Shown here piece by piece: positions 19,105-30,045 of a stretch of DNA of 64,000 bases; positions within the stretch are counted from its first letter, which is position 1, and each line of letters opens with the position of its first letter. The position numbers were made by a program, and so were the translations under genes. Source of the DNA: an uncultured bacterium (lineage in GTDB: Bacteria > Auribacterota > Erginobacteria > Erginobacterales > Erginobacteraceae); contig CAWGIE010000010.1 of NCBI GenBank assembly GCA_963822585.1, forward strand, positions 32,001-96,000. Reading direction: 5' to 3'. Under the pieces are notes generated by a model. That model worked only from the letters and a program-made list of their open reading frames with translations. It searched no databases and was not told the origin of the DNA.

Positions 19105-20955
19105 TTAGTCGAGGAGAGCTTTCTCGTAGGCTTCGAAGATGTTTCGGTAGGTGATGATCCCGACCACCTTCCGGACCTGTTCGGACTTGATTACCGGGGC
19201 GATCCCGATGAAACCTTCTTTCATCCGCTTGAAGACCCGGTCGACCGGCTCCTCCGGGGTTGCGATTACCGGGTTCGGGTTCATGAAGTCCCGGGCCTTC
19301 AGCTCGGTATCCGGGGTGGTGGATTCGATCCCCATGTGGAGTTCTTTATAGGTGACGATGCCAACCAGGTTGCCTTCGGAGTCCACGACCGGGAGGCTGG
19401 TGTGAAGGGTGGTCCCGACCTTTTTTCTCAGAATGTCCATGGTCATGTTCTCCGGGATCGTCTGGGTATCCCGGATCATGATGTCCTTGATCAACATGGT
19501 CTGCAGGATGTCCGTTTTTCCCTTGCGGGCGATGACGATGCCTTTCTGCCGCAGCTTCTCGGTGTAGATGCTCTCCTCCCTGATCCAGTGTGAAACCAGC
19601 GTGCTCACGATGACCGCGGCCATGATCGGCAGTATGATCTCGTAACTGTCGCTCATCTCGAAAAGGAGAAAGATGGCCGTGATCGGCGCGTGGGCCGCCC
19701 CGGCAAAGCAGGCCCCCATCCCCACCAGGGCGTAGACGACGGGGGATGAGGTATGGCCGGGAAAGATGCTGTGGAGGAGGATGCCGTACATCCCCCCGGC
19801 CATGGCCCCGATAAAGAGGGAGGGGGCGAAGATGCCGCCGGATCCTCCGGATCCCAGCGTGAAGCTGGTGGCCGCGATCTTGAAGACTGCCAGCATGATC
19901 AGGGCCAGGATAAGCGTCCCGATCCCGTGGGCCCCGATCCAGAGGGTGTAGTTGTCCGGGTTCAAAACCTGCCGGATGGTGATATAGCCGACGCCCATCA
20001 CGGAGAGGGGATTGTCCAGACCTTGAGCCGGCACCCAGCGGGTGGCGTAGTATGCCATCAGCCCCACCATCAGGCCGCCGGTCAGCGGTTTCAGGTAATC
20101 GGGGAATTTGATCCGGTCGTAGACGTGTTCAAACGATTCCAGGGCGATCGTGAACGCTTTCGAGACGAAGGCGATGAAGACGCCCAGCCCGAGAAAGGCG
20201 ATGATTTCCCAGGACGAGGCCATGAAGAGGATGGCCTTCATCTTCTCGATGGCGAAGATCGTGTTGTCGCCGCTGATCGCCCGGGCGACGAGGGCGGAAA
20301 CGACCGAGGCGATGGCGACATAGATGAAAGAAAGCCCCCGGAACTCCCCCAGGATGACCTCCAGGGAGAACATGATCCCCCCGAAGGGGGCGTTAAATAT
20401 GGCCGAGATACCGCCCGCCGCGCCGCAGGCGACGAAGGTATTGAGCCGCCGGGGGGGCATCCGGAAAAGCTGCCCCAGGGTGGAGCCGAAACCGGCCCCG
20501 ATCTGCACGATCGGCCCTTCACTTCCGGCCGACCCCCCGGTCCCGATGGTCAGGGCGGAGGCGATGCTCTTGACGATCGCCACCACCGGGCGGATCCGCC
20601 CCCCTTTCGTCATGACCGCCGCCATTACTTCCGGGACCCCGTGGCCTTTCGCCTCCCGGGCGAAGAAGTAGATCATCGGCCCGACCAGCAGCCCCCCGGC
20701 CGCCGGGATAACGATCAGCCAGGGACCCAATGAGCTGCAGTGGGTGACGCCGTCCAGATGGCAGAGCTCTTCCACCAGGTGGATCAAACGGCTGAAGACG
20801 TAGGCGCCGAGGGCGGCCACGACACCGATGATGGCGGAGAAAGCGAAGGTGATCTGAACGGGCGAGATACGGAAACGGGAGAATAAATCAAGAAAAAAAC
20901 GGCTGAATTCGTATGAGGGCGTTTTCTTCGGAGCTGGAGGAGCAGTGTCGGTCAT
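19105..20955 (-). CDS. ClC family chloride channel/antiporter with C-terminal CBS pair
   Basis: GHGVPE, GSEGP, GGIFAP signature segments; CBS motifs at C-terminus; start taken at MTDTAP. Confidence 0.93.
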   Translation of the reverse strand: MTDTAPPAPKKTPSYEFSRFFLDLFSRFRISPVQITFAFSAIIGVVAALGAYVFSRLIHLVEELCHLDGVTHCSSLGPWLIVIPAAGGLLVGPMIYFFAREAKGHGVPEVMAAVMTKGGRIRPVVAIVKSIASALTIGTGGSAGSEGPIVQIGAGFGSTLGQLFRMPPRRLNTFVACGAAGGISAIFNAPFGGIMFSLEVILGEFRGLSFIYVAIASVVSALVARAISGDNTIFAIEKMKAILFMASSWEIIAFLGLGVFIAFVSKAFTIALESFEHVYDRIKFPDYLKPLTGGLMVGLMAYYATRWVPAQGLDNPLSVMGVGYITIRQVLNPDNYTLWIGAHGIGTLILALIMLAVFKIAATSFTLGSGGSGGIFAPSLFIGAMAGGMYGILLHSIFPGHTSSPVVYALVGMGACFAGAAHAPITAIFLLFEMSDSYEIILPIMAAVIVSTLVSHWIREESIYTEKLRQKGIVIARKGKTDILQTMLIKDIMIRDTQTIPENMTMDILRKKVGTTLHTSLPVVDSEGNLVGIVTYKELHMGIESTTPDTELKARDFMNPNPVIATPEEPVDRVFKRMKEGFIGIAPVIKSEQVRKVVGIITYRNIFEAYEKALLD

Positions 20956-21246
20956 GGTATTTGATGAGCGCCCTTCGGTCGCAGACCTCGTAGTGCAGGG
21001 CTTCAGCCGGAGGCTGATCCGTCTTTGGCGGAAAATCTCTCTGTTACGAGTTATATTGAAAATGTGATTAAGCAATACTAAGATAACAAAAAAGCGAAAT
21101 AAAACAAAATAAGATTTAGCTCGGTTTTCAAAATCTTCATGATCTTCGTGCCTGCGCGCCGGAGCGATCCGGCGCACCAGCGTGTCCTTCGTGGTTTACT
21201 TCTTTTTGTTTCATGAGATACGTTTTTTGGGCAGGGTAAAATTATT

Positions 21247-21615
21247 ATGACGGAAGAGCGGCTTTCACTGGGAAGATGGGGGGAGGACCGGGCCGCCCGG
21301 TTTCTCCGCCGGAAGCGGTTCAAGATCCTGGAGAGGAATTATACCTGCCCGCTGGGAGAGATCGATATCATCGCCCGGCAGAAGGAGAGGCTGGTTTTTA
21401 TCGAGGTGAAAACGAAGACCGGCGGCGAGTCCCCTGCCCCCCGGTATTCGGTCAACCGGAGAAAACAGCGGCAGATCGTCCGGACGGCTCGGTATTATCT
21501 CAAGGGGTGCGGCGACCCGAACGTCAAATGCCGGTTTGACGTGGTGGAGATCATCGCCGGTGATCGCCGCCGCCCGGAAAAAATCACCCACCTCCCGGGC
21601 GCCTTCCGGCCATGA
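21247..21615 (+). CDS. YraN (UPF0102) family nuclease-like protein
   Basis: LGRWGEDRA, ILERNY, GEIDIIA, LVFIEVKT, RFDVV. Confidence 0.93.
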   Translation: MTEERLSLGRWGEDRAARFLRRKRFKILERNYTCPLGEIDIIARQKERLVFIEVKTKTGGESPAPRYSVNRRKQRQIVRTARYYLKGCGDPNVKCRFDVVEIIAGDRRRPEKITHLPGAFRP

Positions 21616-21980
21616 TTATTCTCTCCCCGCCGCGCCCCCTTTTATTACCACTAAGCCACAAAGACACTAAGATAAAGAAAAAGTGAATTGTGTTTATCGC
21701 CAGCGAAGCGATCCTCCATTTCCTACAATCCCTCTCTGGTGCCCCCCTCGCCTCGCCTCCTTCTTTTCTGCCCCCAAGACACCAAGGAAAGGGAGAATTG
21801 TATTCTCCGAACCGCCAGCGGCGTGATCATGCATTTTCTACAAAGCATAGCCGATCCGACAAGACACTGTCAGCGGCGGTACTACGGCTTTTCTAACTTT
21901 AAGCACTTCTAACTTTAGGCACTTTTCTTTATTGGAAGTTGAGCGTTGAAAGTTGAACGTTGAGCGTTCGACGTTCGGTT

Positions 21981-23659
21981 TTATTCCATAACCGGCACAT
22001 CTCCCTCCTTCCCGTAATAAAACCGTATCACCCCACGAATGGCCCAGAGGCCGGTCACGCTCCGGAAGATCCCCGGTTCGTACGTGCCGTCGCCGTCGTA
22101 GTCGCCCGGGACCGCCCGGTCCGGCGCCCCTCCGAAATAGACCCGCAGTCCCCCCCGGATCGCCCAGAGGCCGGACGCATTCTTGAAGACGGCCGGCTCG
22201 AACCTGCCGTCCCCGTTATAGTCACCCGGGATCGGTTGGAATCAACACCTCCGAAATAGACCCGGCTGCCGCCCCGGATGGCCCAGAGGCCGGAATCCAT
22301 TCGAAAGAGAGCCATGTTTGTCGTTCCGTCCCCGGTATAATCTCCGGCTACCGGTGTGTCGCCCTCCCCGCCGAAATAGACCCTGCCATTTCCTTCGACC
22401 GCCCAGAGCCCGGTGGAGGGGCGGAAGAGGGCGATCTCGCAGGTGCCGTCCCCGTCGTAATCGCCGGGGACCGGCATGTCGGTGGCGGAGCCGAAGTAAG
22501 AGCGGGCGACGTCTTTGACTGCCCAGAGTCCGGCCGCGGGCCGGAAGAGGGCGATATCGGTGGTCCGGTCGCCGTTATAGTCCCCGGGAACGGGGAGATC
22601 CCCCGGCCCCCCGAAATAGCAGCGGCTGATCCCTCGGACCGCCCAGATACCGGTCTCCGGCCGGAAGATGGCGACGTCCGTGGTCCCGTCGCCATCGTAG
22701 TCGTTCCGGGCGCCGGGCCTCATGGGCGTTGGTTCCGGTGTCGGTCCCGGAGGGGAATAGTAGTAAATGTAGCCGTCGTCCCCAAAATGAACGGATCCTC
22801 CCACCTGGCTGTAGCCGATCCGGAAAAATCCATCCTCCCCCCACCGGGTATCCCAGCTGTTCTTGCAGATGAAGTAGCCGCCGCCATATTCACCGGGGGT
22901 GTCCCGGTACCCGATCAGGAGGACCGCGTGGCCGCCGCTGTAGGTTCCCCAGGCGTATTCATAGACGCCGCTCTGGTAGGTGTAAAAATCAGAATAAATG
23001 TCCATGGTGACCTGGACCGGCCCATAGAGATACACCACTTCTTTCAAAGCGCTGATGGACGGTTCGATGGCCTGGTAGTCGTCAATGGCGAAGGCAGAGA
23101 GACGCCAGTCGGAGCAGGCGCCGGAACATTTTTCATCGGATTCAGAATAGGGGAAGCAGCCCTCGTAAAAGGTGCCGTCAGTGAGAAGAAATTCAGCGGC
23201 GTTTTTTGTGCTCCCGCCCTGGCAGCCGTCATTTCGCCAGCAGCAGGAGACCAGGATCTGTTCCGACAGGTCATAGAAGGCGCCGGGGGTCCCCCCGGCG
23301 ATGGCGATGGCGGACTCCAGCGCTCCCACGGCGGCAAAGGCCCAGCAGGCGCCGCAATTTCCCTGGTCCTTTACCGGGGAGACGAAGTTGCCCTCGTGGT
23401 TCCTCCAGTCCAGGAAGAGCGGGAGATCGATCCGGGCGGAGGTAAAGACAGGCGTTCCCTCTGACTTCTTTCCGGTTTCGATCACCCCGGGGGGAGGGAA
23501 TGTCCGCCCGTAATCCGCCGCCGTCCAGTGAAGCCCCTTTTCGGCGATGGCTTCCCGGATCTGTGGCAGTCCCGCCGTGGCCGCGAAGCCGGAAACGGCA
23601 CCCACGGCCGGGAAAAACGTGGTCAGGGTAAGGATAAAAAGTTGTCTCCATGTTTTCAT
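21981..23659 (-). CDS. Secreted papain-family (C1A) cysteine peptidase with C-terminal FG-GAP/VCBS-like repeats; frameshift near 22240
   Basis: Signal peptide; QGNCGACWAF, GGHAV, KNSW; repeats PGDY(D/N)GDG...FRP..GLWA continue in a shifted frame to TAA at 21981. Confidence 0.88.
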
Positions 23660-23912
23660 GGGGTATGCGGGTCCCCTCTGAATAACAGCTTCCTCCATAA
23701 ATAACATACCATACTGACGCCGAACCGGTAGTCGTTGTAACTAATATAGACGGGGAGATAATAACGTTTGATCAGCCGCCGTCGCCGCCAGGTAAATAAT
23801 GGACAGATACTCTCCGGCAACTGTTCAGGAAACAAGCAAGAAGGGAGCTTGGCGACGTATTAACCGTAGATTAAACGGATTAAGCGGATTGTTTTCCTTA
23901 TCCTTAATCCGC

Positions 23913-24722
23913 CTAATCCGCGGTTTCCTCTTGCGGCTCAGTTTGCCATTGCCGGCGGGCCTGGAAGAGAATGACGCCCGCCGCCACGGCGGCGTTCAGA
24001 CTTTCCACTTGGCCGGCCATGGGGATGGTGATCCGTTCATCCGCCGCCTCTGCGATCTCGCCCGGAAGTCCCGCCCCCTCTCCGCCGATGCAGATCGCTA
24101 CTGGAGGAGTGAAATCCGCTTCGGTATAAACGCCGGCGTCACCGGCGACATCCGCCGCCAGGATTCGGATCCGGTGTTCCCGGACGGCCGCCAGGAAACC
24201 GGCGAGGCTCAGTGCGGCGCAGGGCAGGCGGAAAGCGCTCCCCATGGCCCCCCGGAGAAAGCGGGGATGGGAGACGTCGACCCCCTCCAGGAGGATAAAA
24301 CCGGATGCTCCGGCGGCCTCCGCCGCCCGGACGATCGCCCCGGCGTTTCCCGGATCCTGGAGACCGGCGGCGACGGCCAGGCGCGCGTCTTTCCCGAAGA
24401 GGGATTCCGGGTCGACGGTCCGGAGGGCGACCACCGCCGCCGCGCCTTCGGGGTGGCGCAGACCGGAAATCTTCCGGTAGCAGTCATCCGTCACCCGGAG
24501 GACCTCGATCTCCCGCTTTCCGGCCAGTTCCGCGAGCGTTTTTCCTCCGGGGGTGCGGTCCATCCCCTCCGAGAGAACCAACGTGCGCACATCCGCGTGG
24601 AGGAGGGCTTCCCGCGCCGGGCGCAGTCCTTCCACCAGGGAAAGCCCGGTCTCCCGCCGGGTCCGGCTCTGCTGGAGGGCCGCCAGGGCCTTGATCCGGG
24701 GATTTTGTCGACTGGTGATCAT
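23913..24722 (-). CDS. TrmH/SpoU family RNA methyltransferase
   Basis: MITSRQNPRIK, LQDPGNAGAIVRAA, GGEGAGL, IPMAGQVESLNAAVA. Confidence 0.93.
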   Translation of the reverse strand: MITSRQNPRIKALAALQQSRTRRETGLSLVEGLRPAREALLHADVRTLVLSEGMDRTPGGKTLAELAGKREIEVLRVTDDCYRKISGLRHPEGAAAVVALRTVDPESLFGKDARLAVAAGLQDPGNAGAIVRAAEAAGASGFILLEGVDVSHPRFLRGAMGSAFRLPCAALSLAGFLAAVREHRIRILAADVAGDAGVYTEADFTPPVAICIGGEGAGLPGEIAEAADERITIPMAGQVESLNAAVAAGVILFQARRQWQTEPQEETAD

Positions 24723-24979
24723 GAATAAATTAGCTCGCGCTGCTCGCAAATTTATGTAGGATCGTTCTTCACTTCGTTCAGAACTTGTAGGAGATGTAGT
24801 AAATGTAGTATCGCCTTGCCGGAGGCAAGGCTTGCTGAACCGCAAGTGAAACGATCCTACAATTCCTACAAAGAATGCCGGAGGCATTCTGATCCTACAA
24901 GTCCTTAAGCGCAGCGCAAGGACGATCCTACACCGTCTGATTTCCAGTTATGACAATAAAGTGAGATTGAGTCCTGTTT

Positions 24980-26074
24980 TTATTCCAGATATCCTTTTAT
25001 GATCTCCGTGCAGACTTCCGCCCCGTTGAGAGCGATCGGCGGATACTCGTCCGGCGTCTCCAGAAGCCGGTACAGTTCCTCCCGGATATCACCCCGGAGT
25101 AATTTTTCCTGGGAGATGAAGGCCGAGGGAAGATATTTTTTTGCCCCTTCCACCAGGACCGGATATTCCCGGAACTCGCCCCGGGACGTATAGAGCATCC
25201 TGGTCCGGTTGGCGATGCACTCGGAGAGGATGCCGTAGCCGGGCTTGGTGACGACCGCGTCGGCGGCGCTCACCAGGTCCGGGTAGCCGAGGTTGAGAGC
25301 GCGCAGTTCCTTTCGTTTGACGTTGCGGATCCCGGGTAGCTCGAAACCGACCCGCTCGCTGGCCAGCCAGAGACAGTCCTCGATCTCGACCAGCTTCCGG
25401 TAGTACTCCGCTCCCAGGCTGAAACCGCCGAAAGAGAGGATGACGAGCGGGCGGCCGGGAGGGAGCGAGAGGAGCGCCCTGACTTCATCCGCCGGCCGCC
25501 CGGACCGCCGGGCGATCAGGGGGATGTCCCGGGTTTTACGGAAGGCGGCCATCTCCCCCGAAAAGGGGAGGCGGAGGAGAAGATCGGCTTTCCGGTAGCC
25601 CTCGGCGATCGAGTGAAGCAGCCGGCGGAAAGCGGGGGAGCGCTCCACGTAGGGTTCATAGATCCAATCCCAGCTGAAATTAGCGATGCCGAGCGACGGG
25701 ATCCCGGCCGCCGCGGCCACGTCGAAGGCCAGGGGGGGGATGTCGCCGATGATCAGCCGCGGTTTTTCCTCCCGCAGGAACTCCCTCTCGACCTTGAGCA
25801 ACCGGTCCTTCCCGGCCAGGAACTTCGCGTATCTCTCCAGGCTCCGGAGCGGGTCCAGGTTGAGGCTGTCGGATTGGACCACACCGGTATCGCATTCGAG
25901 GGGGAAGAAGATGAAATCCCCCTCGATCTGTTCCCGATAGAACCACTCGGGGGCGGAGGTTTTGACGACGATCCTGATCCCCTCCCGTTCCTTCAGCAGC
26001 TCGTTGATCAGGACGGCCATCCGGGATGAATGCCCGAACCCGTGTCCGGAAATGTAGAAAACGATTGTCTGCAT
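24980..26074 (-). CDS. GT-B fold glycosyltransferase-like protein (resembles L-arabinokinase N-terminal domain)
   Basis: YISGHGFGH, NFSWDWIY, VVTKPGYGILSEC. Confidence 0.75.
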   Translation of the reverse strand: MQTIVFYISGHGFGHSSRMAVLINELLKEREGIRIVVKTSAPEWFYREQIEGDFIFFPLECDTGVVQSDSLNLDPLRSLERYAKFLAGKDRLLKVEREFLREEKPRLIIGDIPPLAFDVAAAAGIPSLGIANFSWDWIYEPYVERSPAFRRLLHSIAEGYRKADLLLRLPFSGEMAAFRKTRDIPLIARRSGRPADEVRALLSLPPGRPLVILSFGGFSLGAEYYRKLVEIEDCLWLASERVGFELPGIRNVKRKELRALNLGYPDLVSAADAVVTKPGYGILSECIANRTRMLYTSRGEFREYPVLVEGAKKYLPSAFISQEKLLRGDIREELYRLLETPDEYPPIALNGAEVCTEIIKGYLE

Positions 26075-26295
26075 GATTGGCTATCTCATAGGCAACGACA
26101 ACTATTTACCACGAAGGACACGAAGTTCACGAAGGGGTGGAGACTGATGTATCTTTCACTTCCTTTTACATGGATTCCCATACTTTACCGAGAAAGGGCT
26201 TATCTTGATTGCCTGTTACTCAAACAGATGACACTACCTCTCTCCCCGGCATTCAAAATGACCGTATTCATCTCTGCCGGATAGAGCATAACCTT

Positions 26296-27219
26296 TTATT
26301 TTTTGACTTCGTGTTCTTCGTGTCCTTCGTGGTTTAATAGAATTTTTCTCAGCGCTGACAACCCTGCATCCACACCCCGGCCCCGGAAGCCGGTCGTCCG
26401 GAAGAACTTCTCGCTGTTCAGCGAGGCGTCGAGCGGGGTGGGGGGGGAGTGGGGTCTCTCCGCCATCCGGACCGGGTTGATGAGGGAGCGGTCGAACCCG
26501 AACCGGTCCGCCATGCGGTAGCCGAAGTCCGACCGGTTGATCCTCTCCGGCCCCCCCAGATGATAGAGCCCGGTCAGTTTGTCATCTTCGAGGATCAATT
26601 CCATCCCCCGTCCGGCGTCCTCGACGTAGAGCGGGGTGCGGTACTGATCGGTAAAGAGATCGATCCGGGTATGCTCCCGGAACCCGGCGAGCATGAAACC
26701 GATGAAGGACTCGGAACAGGGACTGGGCGCTCCGTACATCAGGGGCAGCCGGAGGATCAGGTGGCCGGGGACCGTTTCCCGGACGATTTCCTCTCCCGCC
26801 AGTTTGGTTTTCCCGTACTGCCCCAGCGGTCCCGGGGCGTCGGTCTCGGCGTAATCGCCCTTCCTCCCGTCGAAGACCCGGTCGGTGGAGATGAAGATGA
26901 TCCGTGCCGCCAGATCCCGCGCCGCCCGGGCGACGTTCTCGGTCCCCCCCACATTGGCCGCCCAGGCCTCTTCCCGGTCACGCATGCACTTAGCCGGAGA
27001 CGTGATGGCGGCGGCGTGAATGACGACGCCGGGGGAGAAAGCCCGGCAGACCCGTTCCACCGCCGCGCCGTCACGAATATCCAGGGCCGCGGTCTCCCCG
27101 GCCCCGCTCTCCACCCGATGGCGGCCATAAGTCCCGAGCAGGGAATAACGCCCGGCAAGAAAATGGAAGAGGTTCCAGCCCAAAAAACCGGACACCCCCG
27201 TGATCAGTAGTTTCTTCAT
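26296..27219 (-). CDS. RmlD/RfbD-like extended SDR (dTDP-4-dehydrorhamnose reductase family)
   Basis: ITGVSGFLG, ISTDRVFDG, YGKTKLAGE, DQYRTP. Confidence 0.88.
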   Translation of the reverse strand: MKKLLITGVSGFLGWNLFHFLAGRYSLLGTYGRHRVESGAGETAALDIRDGAAVERVCRAFSPGVVIHAAAITSPAKCMRDREEAWAANVGGTENVARAARDLAARIIFISTDRVFDGRKGDYAETDAPGPLGQYGKTKLAGEEIVRETVPGHLILRLPLMYGAPSPCSESFIGFMLAGFREHTRIDLFTDQYRTPLYVEDAGRGMELILEDDKLTGLYHLGGPERINRSDFGYRMADRFGFDRSLINPVRMAERPHSPPTPLDASLNSEKFFRTTGFRGRGVDAGLSALRKILLNHEGHEEHEVKK

Positions 27220-27474
27220 TGCCTGCATGCAGTTTTCGAAAGGATCGAGGCTCCAATTTACCACGAAGAACACGAAGAACACGAAGAAAAAATGGGCGGA
27301 ATAATCTTCGTGATCTTCATGTTCTTCGTGGTATAGTCCACTGCCATATTATTCTGTTTGCAAAGAAAGAAACCGAGGTTAAGGATGTAATAGAGTAAAA
27401 GCGTCCGGCCTCCGCAATCTCAATATTCCATCACTCCATCACTCCATTGCTTCATGAAATAAGGCCCTGAAACA

Positions 27475-29415
27475 ATGACCAAACGCTGCCGAATCCCGCT
27501 TCTTCTGTTTTTGTCGGTTCTCGTCTGTTACGGGTATTGTATCCATTTTATCGGACTGGAGTCGTGGAACGCCAGCAGCCGCCTGGACCTGGTCTACTCC
27601 CTGGCGGAATACGGCACCTTCCGGATCGATCCCTACCATCAGAATACCGGGGATAAAGTCGCCCTGGGCGATCATTACTATTCGGACAAGGCCCCGGGGG
27701 TCTCCCTGCTCGCGGTTCCCGGTTATCTGCTTCTGAAGTGGCTGGGCGTCTCTTCCGAACGATTCATGCGCTACGGGCTGACGCTGCTCTCCGTCGGCAT
27801 CCCCTCCGCGCTGGGGGTGGTGCTTTTCTACGGGCTGACGGGTCTCTTCGCGGATCTCCGGGCGGGCTCCCGGGTAACGGTGGCGCTGGCCTACGGGCTG
27901 GGAACCCTGGCCTTCCCGTTCTCCACCGTTTTTTACGGACATCAGATGGCGGCCGCCGCCGGAATCGCCTCTTTTTTCATCATGTTCCGGGTGAAGAATA
28001 GTCGTCCCCGAAGCGGTTTTTTCCTACTGTGGTTAAGCGGATTTCTGGCCGGATACGCCTTCCTGTGCGATTATCCGGCCGGGATCGTCATGGTCCTGAT
28101 GGGGGCGTATTCATTTGCCGTCCTGAGAAGAAAAGCCGGGATCCTGGCCTGGTGTTTCGGCGCCGCGATACCGGCGGGGTTCCTCCTCTATTATAACAAT
28201 GCCTGTTTCGGATCGCCTTTTACCAGCGCCTACTCGCTCCACCAGACATACAGCCACAGCGCGGGTTTCCTCGGCATTACCTGGCCGAAGGCGGACGCTC
28301 TCTGGGGGATCACCTTCAGCCCTTACCGGGGCCTTTTCTATCAGGCCCCCGTCCTCCTCTTCGCCCTCCCCGGATTTTATTTCTTCTGCCGCCGGCGTCA
28401 GTTGCGGTTGGAGTTTTTCCTTTCCCTGCTGGTCGTGTTCGGTTTCTTCTTCTTCAACGCCGGCTACGCATACTGGGACGGGGTGGGAAGCACGGGGGCC
28501 CGCTTCCTGATCCCGGCCCTTCCTTTCCTGGCCCTCCCCCTGGCCGGATCGATGAAAAAGTGGCCCGTTTCCGTCACCGCCCTGGCGATATTCTCATTTA
28601 TTTCCATGCTGGTCATCACGGTCACGGAACCGCGGGCCGAATGGCGGGTACAGAGCCCGTTGCTTTATTTCAACCTGTTTTTGTTTCTACGGGGATACCT
28701 CTCGGATAACCTGGGGATGCTCCTGGGGCTGCGGGGCTGGCTCAGTCTCCTTCCCCTGCTGATCGTTTTGGGGATTCTTTGGGCGGCTTTCCGGCGCGCT
28801 CTTCCCGTTTTTCCCCGCCGGGAAGCTACCCGGGAGAAGCTGATCCCGGCCCTTGGACTGCTGGGGATGGTTCTCCTCTGGATGGGCATCGCGGGTTGGG
28901 AGGAGCCCGGTCTGAGGGAGGTTGATCAGGCGGAAAGCCTTTTCCGGTACTACCGCGGCCGGGGAGGGGTGAACTGGGAGGAAGTCGAGGAACACTATCA
29001 GCGGGCGATCGAGGCCGACCCCCAATTCCTGGACCCGTATCTCCGGCTGGCGGAGATCGCCCGGATGCGCGGGCACCCGCGGCTGGCCCTTTCCTATTAT
29101 GAGGAGCTTGCCAAGGTATACCCGGACTCACCCCTGCTCCTGCGGGAGATGGCGCTGGTCTATGATCTGCTGGGAGAGACGGATAAGGCGGAGAAGGCGC
29201 TCCTCCGGACGGTGGAGCTGGCGCCGGACGACGCTTCGCTGCGGAATCAACTGGCGGCTTTCTACTGGTCGAAAAACCGTCGCCCGGAAGCGATCGCCCA
29301 GTGGGAAGAGAGCCTCCGGATCGACCCCGGCGATAAACGGGTGGGGATCCAGCTGAAAGCCGCCCGGGAACAATCGCTGCGCCCCGATAAATCAGCCGGC
29401 GGGAAAGCGGAATAG
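27475..29415 (+). CDS. Multi-pass membrane protein (GT-C-like) with C-terminal TPR repeats
   Basis: YYSDKAPG loop, many transmembrane segments, GARFLIP, then TPR-like helices. Confidence 0.7.
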   Translation: MTKRCRIPLLLFLSVLVCYGYCIHFIGLESWNASSRLDLVYSLAEYGTFRIDPYHQNTGDKVALGDHYYSDKAPGVSLLAVPGYLLLKWLGVSSERFMRYGLTLLSVGIPSALGVVLFYGLTGLFADLRAGSRVTVALAYGLGTLAFPFSTVFYGHQMAAAAGIASFFIMFRVKNSRPRSGFFLLWLSGFLAGYAFLCDYPAGIVMVLMGAYSFAVLRRKAGILAWCFGAAIPAGFLLYYNNACFGSPFTSAYSLHQTYSHSAGFLGITWPKADALWGITFSPYRGLFYQAPVLLFALPGFYFFCRRRQLRLEFFLSLLVVFGFFFFNAGYAYWDGVGSTGARFLIPALPFLALPLAGSMKKWPVSVTALAIFSFISMLVITVTEPRAEWRVQSPLLYFNLFLFLRGYLSDNLGMLLGLRGWLSLLPLLIVLGILWAAFRRALPVFPRREATREKLIPALGLLGMVLLWMGIAGWEEPGLREVDQAESLFRYYRGRGGVNWEEVEEHYQRAIEADPQFLDPYLRLAEIARMRGHPRLALSYYEELAKVYPDSPLLLREMALVYDLLGETDKAEKALLRTVELAPDDASLRNQLAAFYWSKNRRPEAIAQWEESLRIDPGDKRVGIQLKAAREQSLRPDKSAGGKAE

Positions 29416-30045
29416 TTCCGCCGTCCGGGCACCGCCGCTCTGATTTCCCCCGTTCGCCAAAGCGGTTCCCTTCCGATGGAAATTAGTGGGAAGCGCTATC
29501 TTGCTGCTTGGGAATTTCAATAAAAGGTAACGGTAAGGGTAGCGATGCCCAGCCTGCCCCGATTCATCGGGGTATCGGTAAGGGGTAGGGTAACGGCCAC
29601 CTGGCTTAGCCCACGTAACCGTAACCGACAGACGAAACCCCGGTAACTACCGGGGCAGGCTGGGCCTCGTAACCATAACCGAGTAGCGCCGAAGGCGCTA
29701 AGTTCCTGCTTCGGAATTTACTCGATAGCCATCGGGGTCCCGATTATCTATATATTTGAATATTGTATCGGGACAATAATCTTATTTTTTCTACCCCGAT
29801 TAATGCTTCCCCGATTAATGCTTCGGGGCGGGGCGGGGGAGGCCGAAAAATAAGAATGTGCAAGCATTGAACCGACAGTGCAGGGATATTTTAAAGAAAA
29901 TTCGTGTAATCCTTCGGCTACGCTCAGGACAAGTTTCGTGCAATTCGTAGTCTTATTTAGTCGTCCGAGCCCCGGTAAACCGGGGTAGACTTCGCGAGGG
30001 CTAAGTTCTTGAAGGGGAGGACGACACGGGTGAGGATATATCGGG

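Noticed and set aside
20956..21100. Fluoride riboswitch upstream of the ClC gene
   Set aside because: No recognisable crcB consensus, and the protein motifs are not the fluoride-specific ClC type
20956..21177. N-terminal extensions given by the ORF track for ClC (also ffh, TrmH, RmlD, rpsP, Fic)
   Set aside because: Extensions run through intergenic repeats or AT-rich DNA; downstream starts fit family N-termini or RBS better
26134..26284. GxxExxY gene remnant between 9-mer arms
   Set aside because: Only a faint resemblance (LYRERAYLDCL), not supportable without a search
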